A program made the position numbers and the translations under genes. 64,000 nt of DNA from Chrysomallon squamiferum (Eukaryota; Animalia; Mollusca), in the NCBI GenBank assembly GCA_012295275.1, contig CM022671.1, forward strand, positions 8,804,001-8,868,000, read 5' to 3'. Shown one piece after another: positions 54,885-64,000 of the stretch (position 1 is its first letter; every line of letters begins with the position of its first letter). The notes below the pieces were generated by a model. It searched no databases. It was not told the DNA's origin and saw only the letters and a list, made by a program, of their open reading frames with translations.

Positions 54885-55068
54885 TGTGTCTAAGTTTGTA
54901 TGTATGTCTCTCTAAGGTTGTATGTATGTCTCACTAAGGTTGTATGTATGTCTCACTAAGGCTGTATGTATGTCTTACTAAGGCTGTATGTATGTCTCAC
55001 TAAGTTTGTATATATGTCTCACTAAGTTTGTATGTATGTCTCTCTAAGGTTGTATGTATGTCTCTCTG
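54885..55068. repeat. 22-bp minisatellite (CTAAGGTTGTATGTATGTCTCA)
   Basis: About eight units. Confidence 0.9.
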
Positions 55069-58000
55069 GTCGTCTGCCTGTCTCTCTCTGTATGTACATA
55101 CATACTGTAACTGTTAATGCATTGTCATGGTTTAAACATATTAATGCATTAAGTGCACATGTACAGCTCTCAATAAAAAGATGTTGTTTGCAAACAGGAA
55201 TAGCTGTCTGTGTATGACCCACAGTAAGATCAATACATCTAGTATGTGGACAATTTCCTTGTGTAACAACATCTCTGCTTCCCTTCTCTGTGTTTATTGC
55301 TAATTTATTGTCCTGGCATTGATTTCTTCACAGTTTGTTAATGAATCAACTCAACATTGTCAAGTCTGTCTAATGTCATGCCATTTACAAGAACTGTAGC
55401 AAGAAAATTGATGTTTCTGTTACTTAAATAAAATGTTCAACTGTTGTCTGTGCATAGATATGTTTGGTATTGTGAGGTCCCAAGACAGCCATACTTGAAT
55501 GTATTCCTGACGAAAGCATTGTAAAAATTACCTAAATCCACATTTGTAAGATAATAGTCATTCCAAAAATGAATTTTTTTATCAGATGTTAGTTATGTTA
55601 AATGAAAATTATACTTTTTTTAATGTTTATTGTTTGTTAATATTATGTTAAATATTTAATTTTAAATGTGTATGTATATAAGTATATACATGTATATTTG
55701 TACGTGCATATATATATGTATATATGTATGTATGCATGTATGCATGTATGTTTGTATGTATGTATGTATGAATGAATGCATAATGCTGTAAAACAAAAAC
55801 AAATATCATGTACATTACTTATATATTAAAGTAAGATTTTATTTCCTATACCCAAGACAGCACATACCACTGACTGTGATACATTAAACAAGGCAAACAG
55901 TATGGAATGGGAGTAGCCACACAAGACTACCCTCTCCATGCCTTGGTAGAAACTTCAGTTACCAGAATAATTGATTAATTGAATGAGTAATAACAAAACA
56001 GTGTTGTTGGAACACAAACATGTTAGTTCTCATTAAATGGTATTCACTGTTCTTGTAGCTGTTTATCCACAGTTAACAATGTTGTAGGCTGTCGTCTATC
56101 ATTAATTGATTTTGTTTCTGCACACTGGAGCCTGATGTGTACAATCTTGATTTAATGAGCACCAGGATCAGTGTGTTTGGTGTGACGGGCGTTCTCAATG
56201 AGATAATGTTACTGTGTAATGTTAAGTTCAGACCATCACTGTACTCATTATATGCATGTACATAATCATGTACAATACACACACAAACACATAAAAATAT
56301 AAGACAGAAATTATAGTTATTTTATACATAACCAGCTAGCAAGAGAGATAAACACAGACACACACAAATACTAACAACCAGCCACATAAACACAAATATA
56401 AATATATATAAAAAGAGTAAATCATAATTATGTATCATAACCAGACACAGACAAATACTAATAACCATACACATTATGAATACACACAAATGTAGTTGGT
56501 TATATGTATGTTTGTGTTTGCACATTCATGTACTAATTTTCATGTTGATGAGTACCACATGACAGACAAACCATGCATGTTATTTTGAAGAAAAGTGCTA
56601 TGTCATATATATGTCTAACTATATTATGTATGTGTGTGTGTGTGGTGTGTGTATAATGTATTTGTATAGTAAAGAAAGAAGACATTTATGGCCATAATTA
56701 AATTATGAATGTACAACAGTATAGAACACAAATGACAAAAAGCACTGACCATGCAGTTAGTGTGACCTAGTTTTTTTCTCAAAGCAATCTAGAGGTTTTT
56801 TCAGTCAGGTAATTTAACAAGCTGTACAAAACTGAATAATCACTTTGATTCAGATTCTGTCTGCTGACTGCAGATTATGATTTGCAGCCATTAACTGCAC
56901 CTGTAGCACTCTATCATTCACAACCCATCATTAAAAAAAAATAATAATAATAATAAAAAAAAAGAACAGAAAAGATTTCTCACAAACATGAATTATAAGA
57001 TCAATAAATGACCATTCTGTGAGGACAGAATATTAATGTCATGAGAAATTCCTTCTCAGTATTAGACGATTGTAGCCAAGCAGGACTGTAAGCCATTTAT
57101 CTATTACTGAGTGTTTTGCTTTGTCACACAAAGGGATTGCCTTGTCTTAGACAGGCTGAGCTTGGTGAGACTCTCAGCGAATGTATTAGTTTAATACCAC
57201 GGTTCACTTTTTAAAAAGAAAATAAACAGTTTTTAAGTAATGATTTAAGAGTTTGTTTAGAAATCTGTGTGATGTCATGAGAATGGAACAGTGAGTTTAC
57301 TGAAATGAGATGATGTTATCCTTATTAATGACAGATATTTCTAACAGAATTATTACACGCCTCTGGTTGTTTACAAACAGGTCTGCTAATAGTGGTCGTA
57401 AGTCAAGCCCATGTGAGGCATGCTTTAAATTCATGGCAACACCCTCTTCTGATTACCTTCATGATCATTCAGCATTATTTATAACAGATTTCACTGGTCA
57501 GATAGGATGCCTGGTTTAAATTTATATTGTTAGTAATGAGAGGATAAAACATTCCAAAGTTTTTTTATAAGCAAAGTTAAGTGAGTTGTATGCATGTCAC
57601 CTGTTTATAGAATTATTTTCTTCTAGATGAGACAAGTTAACAGAAAACTATTCATTTATACAGAAAATATGAATACATTAAATTAAAAATACTCTTATCC
57701 TTCACTTTCTCTTCTTTTCCCCCGAGTCTATATGTCTAAAATAACACATGCACACACAAATACATATTATACATGCATATTTATACACACAAAAACACAA
57801 CACACACACACACACAAAACTAGGATTGACCAGTTAAATTTGTATCACTATCATCATTTCAGTGGAAATATAATATTTATATGAATACAATTATATACAA
57901 AATGCACTCACACACAGTAAAAACTTTAAGAAAGTTTATAAGGAACAGTTTACAAATGGTTTAATTAAAAAATATATTTAGATGGAATATAAACATTTTT

Positions 58001-58132
58001 TAATTATTTTATTCTCATTAAATTTTTAAAAATATGTATTTTAATAATTGTTTTATTTTCATTAATGTTTTTAAAATATTTTATTATTATTTTATTTTTA
58101 TGGTAATATTTGTATTTTTATTTTATTTTCAG

Positions 58133-58214
58133 GGTAGACCTATGGGCAAAAAATCTGACATCCTATTTATTAAGTATTTCTGATACTGTGACAGGAGCAG
58201 GATACATGGAGGAG
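58133..58214 (+). CDS. CACNA2D: Second coding exon (82 nt) of alpha-2/delta subunit-like gene
   Basis: Acceptor ttttattttattttcAG|G and donor GAG|GTATGT; phase 2 in, phase 0 out. Encodes (M)VDLWAKNLTSYLLSISDTVTGAGYMEE. From memory this resembles alpha-2/delta N-termini (CACNA2D3 VVKLWASAFGGEIKSIAAKYSGSQLLQK; CACNA2D1 [27 protein letters not shown]), with the same W...G spacing, and I recall CACNA2D1 exon 2 also being 82 nt, phase 2/0. Lies within supplied ORF 58110..58370. Confidence 0.85.
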
Positions 58215-59740
58215 GTATGTAGACTTTTTATTTTAATGTCTCCTTTCATTTTACATACACACCATTTAGCCAAATCAAGAAATATGATACACATATATTT
58301 ACACATGCACCAGCAGGATATATTGTTTTTAAATGTAATTATAAATAAAATTATGCCCCAGAAGATTTAACCCACCTCTTAATTGGGGATTATGTAGTTC
58401 AGAATTTTTGTTTCCTTTCAAGTTCCATTCATTTCTTTCTTTCTTCCTCTCTATCTTTCTTTTAATCTCAGCATTTAGTTACTTCCATTTATATATCTAG
58501 TTACTTTCCTCTTTTCTCTGTCAGTGTGCAAAGTTATTAGTTCCATATACATGTGTTTATGGTGTGTGTGTGTATTTGTGTCCTTAACCATTGTTGGAAG
58601 ACGTAAATGTATGCCTCAGATATCAGTATATTAGATATTTAATAAATTGCTAACTCATTTAATACAAAATATTAAAAAATTGTACGATGTGTATTATTTT
58701 CACCACGCTGTATTCAGGACACGTGCAGCTAACAATGAAAAATATTACTGAAATAAACTGAAACACCCACACATTATTATTAAAAAAAAAAACAAATAGG
58801 AAAAAGTTAGACTTTCATTTCATTCTCATGTGCCTTGCATGTGTGTTATTATACACTGCTAAATCAGCAACATGCTTTGCTAAAAGACAAATAAACAAAT
58901 AAATCTAATCACAAATCGATGTCACTTGTTAAAAACAGTGGAAGGCGGTAGAGCAGGGTATAGCATCCTGTTATTACCAGTGTTGACATATTGACTTTTC
59001 TTTTAGCTTACACTTAATCATAGATCATTCAAACAAGTGGGAAGAAACTCTGTGTGTGATAATTGTTGGCCTGTTATAGACACAGTGAAAACACATTAAC
59101 AAGTTTTCCTGTTTTTCTTCTCTGTTCACACATTAGAGTGATCTCAGTTATTGATCAACATTTAATATCTGTTATGTAAACACACACACACACACACACA
59201 CACATGCACACACACACATGTACATACACACACATTACAGATTTTATATCTTAGGTATATAATGTGTGTGTGTAAGATGTATTTTTAGGTTAATATATAT
59301 ATATATATTTTACATAACTCATAGATGTGTAAAATATTGAATTTAATAATATATTATTTGCTTATCAACTAATAATGAAGTTTTAATTATTCTTAGAGGT
59401 TGCTAAAACCCATGTTAATGAACAGATAACATTCTCTTGACTTCACTACAAAGTTACTAGTTCCATCACATAAATAAATAATATTCTACTATCTGTTAAT
59501 CTCAGGCTATTAATAGATGTTAAACATTAATTTTAATCAACAGATAAGATTATATATCATAAATTGCTGTATATCATTATATCATAGAGGTATATATATC
59601 ACTCTTTGATCAATTGTGTAATCTAACAGGGTTTTTTAACATAATTTGCTATATATCATACATTTGTGTGTGGGTAGGTGTGTATATGTACATATAATTC
59701 AAATCTTATAGTTTTTTTGACTTCAGCTGCTATATATCAC

Positions 59741-59778
<38 letters not shown>

Positions 59779-61684
59779 ATCAATACATTATGCTGGATAT
59801 CACCATATACTATACCCTGAAGTATACAGTTTTGGAATATAATTTCTGTTCACAGACTAAATTTTCTGCATGATTTCATAAGTCTGCTGGTTTTGGTACT
59901 GAAGACACAGATACAAAATTTATTAGTATAATTTATTAATATTTAACAAAGTGATTGTGTGCAGTCAGTACCGTAGCTGTCAGATGTGTGACAATTTAAA
60001 TATTTAGAGCTGCTCACTCTGTCGCCTTTTATTTCTTTCCAATAAAACACATTTCATGACAGGTTTCTTATTTATAATGGGATTATTTTACAGCAGGTTG
60101 TAGCAACATATAAATATTTCACACCTATATCACATTAAGAGTGAAGAGTATACACAATTTCATTTTATGGGCAGATATTATTGTCATATCAGTAACGAAA
60201 TTTACAGTGTATATATTTACATTTATTAGCCATATGTTTTTTAAATAAATGAATAAATAAATAAATAAATGTTAATACCCAAAATAATCATGTTCATCTC
60301 TGAGTAGCTGGATATGTAAAGTATATTATTTTCTAGTCAGACTTTAAATTTCCCTGGCATACAGTATTGACATGAAAATGTAACAACTTCATTTTGAATT
60401 ATTGTGCACTAATAAGATCTGCTTTAAAGTTCTATATTCTATACTTTGTGGATATCTAATGTATAAAAAATATAGATAAATGAATGAATGAATGAATAAA
60501 TTAATAAATAAATAGATAAATAAATAAAAAATAAAAAAATAAAAAAATAAATGAGAAATAAGAAAGAAAACATACATAAAGTAATAAGTAAATGAAAATA
60601 AAAATATGTTTGAAAAAAAATAAAAGATTTTTAAAGACGAAGAAAATAAATTTAAAAAATCAGACTTAATTGACTTTGTGTGAAATCAGGTCAGACATAT
60701 TAGTGTATTTGTTTATAAATAAATAACTCGCTATGGATTTTCTTGTCAATAAATAAACTCTCTATTTACACATTGAAGCATTAGTCTACCTTTGAAATCA
60801 ATAAACACCACGTACTTTACTGTCAAGGTTAAGGTTCTTTTTTTATCTCACACCTTTGTATGCCTATTTTTAAAATGAAAATAAAAAAAAAAACAATAAC
60901 AATAATACAAAAATAAAAAATAAAAAATAAAAATAAAATTTGAAAATAAAAATTAAATAATTATGACATTGTAACAACCCAAATAAAATAAATTCTAGAA
61001 AAAGATCATTAGAAATAAACTTTTATTTTGAAAATTAGGTATCAAAAGCTATAAGTAAAGAATTAAAAATAAAATTTAAAGCTATGAAAATATAATGAAA
61101 TAATACTATAAAATTATAAATGTAAAGACATCAAAATAAAATAAAATAATAAAATTAAGAAATATTAAAATAAGAATAAGGAAGAAAGAAAATAGCTGTA
61201 TTACAAGATAATCCTGTTTAGGTGTCTATTTTTGTAGACAAATTTAAGAAGTCTGGTTCATAACCTGAACAGATGCAGTTACAACATGACACAGAGACAA
61301 TAACAAACATATCTAATACACTGCTCCAGTCCTCTGTGTTCATTTCCTTCACAAATCTATAAGTTACATTATGCCTGTTACAACAGGACAAAATTAAGTT
61401 TGCCCTCCAACATTCTGTATTTGGAATTTGACCAATATTGAGAATCTTCTCAAAATTGGCAGATGAAATGAGTGAGAGAGAGAGAGAGAGATGTGATTAT
61501 GTTTTGGCAAATGTTCACAACCTTCTGTTGAATTACAACCAATGTACCTGTGATTTTTGTGTGTCATATTTTTCATGACAGAAGAAAATTTGATGTATCA
61601 ATATAATATTAATGTGTCGTGTTGTGAAAATATGTCATATAATTGTAAGTAGTGAATTTTATATCAATGCACTGTGCAACTGTA

Positions 61685-61810
61685 TAAATGGAGGGGTGGC
61701 TGTGTAGCTTGATGGTAAAAACACATACCTGGGGTGTGATAGGTGTCTGATGGGGTGTGGTAGGGTGTGATAGGGGTGTGATGGTTTCTGGGATCATTCC
61801 TCCACAGTAA
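61685..61810 (+). mobile_element. Decayed tRNA-like SINE head with internal GGGGTGTGATA repeats
   Basis: ggggtggctgtgTAGCTTGATGGtaaa (A-box-like), several GGGTGTG(A/G)T units, then ggatcattcctcc. Confidence 0.4.
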
Positions 61811-62699
61811 GACAACAGGTCTGTTTTTTCAACTCTGCTGATGTCCCCATGACTTTTTTTTTTTCCAAAAGCTTTAGTGTATGCTGTTTTATCATGTAAA
61901 AAACACCTTGTTACTCATAAAAAAAGAGAGAAGAAGCCAGTAATGTGTCAGGCTTCCTCTCTAATTATCTGTAAAGACTTTGACCATTTATATGATGCTG
62001 TATAATTGTTGATTAAAATTACATTGAATGGGTCATGAAATAAAACCATTCTTTCCTTCCATATTAATTTCATTTCGATCTGTCTTGAAACAGAGCATTA
62101 CAATAAAAATTCAGATTTCAGCAGGGATAAAATTCAATGGCTTTAGCTCATTATGGTCTAAAACCCTTACTAAAACATACTGTTTCAAAATCTGTGTTAC
62201 GTATACTGGCCAGTATATATACATGTGTTTATAAAGTAAAATTAGTTTTAGTATGAACAAATATGTGTGTGTGTGTGTGTGTGTCTATGCCCTACCTTTT
62301 CTGAAAATATGGATCTGCTCAGTGACAAAAACATCTGAATAATTTTTACTAAAATAACATAAATTACTGTCTAAAATAATATCTCCATTACTGCTCTGTA
62401 TTTTTGTTTCCAGCTACAGAAAGTTCAATATTATTTTTTCCTTAATTCCATCTGAAACATCACAGATGCACATTTTTCTTCATCTTCTCCATAATTTTAA
62501 CTGAAAATAGACAGCCACCTTCAATTAAAAGAAGAAGTTTCTTGAAGCAGAATTATTTAAGTGAATTTCAGCTTTTGTAATAACTGGGTTATTTCTCTAA
62601 GAGGATCATCAAAGATCTTTGAAGACTGACACAGATTGAGATAAGACATCAATGAAGGTCCAGAAAATTTAGTCTTTTTTTCAAAAATTATTATATTTG

Positions 62700-64000
62700 T
62701 GTGTGTCTCTAAATCTGAATGCTTGTATGTGTCTCTGTCTAGTTCTGTATGTCTCTGTGTCTCTGTCTAGTTCTGAATGTGTCTGTCTAGTTCTGTATGT
62801 CTGTGTGTCTCTGTCTAGCTCTGTATGTCTGTGTGTGTCTAGTTCTAGTTCTGTATGTCTGTGTGTGTCTGAATATGTCTGTTTAGTTGTGGATGTCTGT
62901 CTGTCTCTGTCTAGTTCTTAATGTGTCTGTCTAGTTCTGTATGTCTGTTTGTCTAGTTCTGAATATGTCTGTATGTCTGTCTGTCTCTGTCTAGTTCTGT
63001 CTGTCTAGTTCTGTATGTGTGTGTCTGTCTAGTTCTGTATGTCTGTGTGTCTGTCTAGTTCTGTATGTCTGTGTCTCTGTCTGTTCTAGTTGTGTCTGTC
63101 TATGTGTCTGTATGTGTCTGTCTAGTTCTGTATGACTGTGTCTGTCTAGTTCTGTATGTCTGTGTGTCTGTCTAGTTCTGTATGTCTGTGTGTCTGAGTT
63201 AGTTCTGTGTATGTCTCTGTATGTCTGTGTGTGTGTCTGTCTAGTTCTGTATGGCTGTGTGTCTGTCTAGTTCTGTATGTCTGTAGTTCTGTCTAGTTCT
63301 GAATGTGTCTGTCTAGTTCTGTATTGCTGTGTGTGTCTGTGTGGATGTCTAGTTCTGTATGTCTGTGTGTCTGTCTAGTTCTAGTTCTCTGTGTGTAGTT
63401 CTGTCTAGTTCTGTATGTCTGTCTCTGTCTAGTTCTGAATGTGTGTGTCTGTCTAGTTCTGTATGTCTGTCTCTGTCTAGTTCTGTATGGCTGTGTGTCT
63501 AGTTCTGTATGTCTGTGTGTCTGTAGTTGTCTAGTTCTGTATGTGTCTGTCTAGTTCTGTATGGCTGTGTGTGTGTCTAGTTCTGTATGGCTGTGTGTCT
63601 CTAGTTCTGTGTTCTGTATGGCTGTCTAGTTCTGTATGGCTGTGTGTCTGTCTAGTTCTGTATGGCTGTGTGTGTGTGTCTGTCTAGTTCTGAATGGCTG
63701 TGTCTGTCTAGTTCTGTATGGTGTCTGGTAGTTCTGTATGGCTGTGTGTGTCTGTCTAGTTCTGTATGGCTGTGTGTCTGTCTAGTTCTGTCTGTGTGTG
63801 TGTCTAGTTCTGAATGGCTGTGTGTCTGTCTAGTTCTGTATGGCTGTGTGTCTCTGTCTAGTTCTGAATGTGTCTGTCTAGTTCTGTATGGCTGTGTGTC
63901 TGTAGTTCTGTATGGCTGTCTGTCTGTCTAGTTCTGTGTGTCTGTCTAGTTCTGTATGGTGTGTGTGTCTGTCTAGTTCTGTCTTTCTAGTTCTGTATGT
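62700..64000. repeat. Satellite with GTCTGTCTAGTTCTGTATG core, running to window end
   Basis: tctagttctg recurs dozens of times with variable TG spacers. Confidence 0.95.

Larger units (their letters stand above)
58215..64000 (+). other. Intron 2 (partial, continues past window end)
   Basis: Starts GTATGT. Acceptor-like sites at about 59007 and 62413 give phase-0 frames that stop early and do not resemble alpha-2/delta exon 3. Confidence 0.65.

Noticed and set aside
58110-58370. Full 86-aa ORF as a standalone gene
   Set aside because: Only 58133-58214 is bounded by splice sites and protein-like; the flanks are intronic.
59000-59100. Possible exon 3 after cttttcttttAG
   Set aside because: Phase-0 reading LTLNHRSFKQVGRNSVCDNCWPVIDTVKTH ends in a stop, has no good donor and shows no alpha-2/delta resemblance.

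Overview
AT-rich, strongly CpG-depleted animal genomic DNA; the repeat families resemble ones I recall from gastropod molluscs, which is an unverified inference. None of the supplied ORFs is a real gene in full, and most are microsatellite or low-complexity artefacts. Two phase-compatible exons on the + strand, 10885-11003 (signal peptide) and 58133-58214 (82 nt), join into MMYPSWKFYFVQCLLLPILFVLLPKTYSSEQQELNISVDMVDLWAKNLTSYLLSISDTVTGAGYMEE. This looks like the N-terminus of a voltage-gated calcium channel alpha-2/delta (CACNA2D-type) subunit. Most of the window is therefore a 47,129-nt first intron, and no exon 3 was found before the window ends. The rest holds decayed SINE-like elements, a tRNA-derived SINE present as an inverted pair, many independent minisatellites and microsatellites, a perfect 151-bp dispersed duplication and several CpG-retaining patches. 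I see no prokaryote-style or multi-gene novel system. The best leads are a candidate 6-nt microexon, a trinucleotide-repeat uORF, the inverted SINE pair (possible dsRNA/editing substrate) and possible internal promoters, one with an Arg-rich small ORF.
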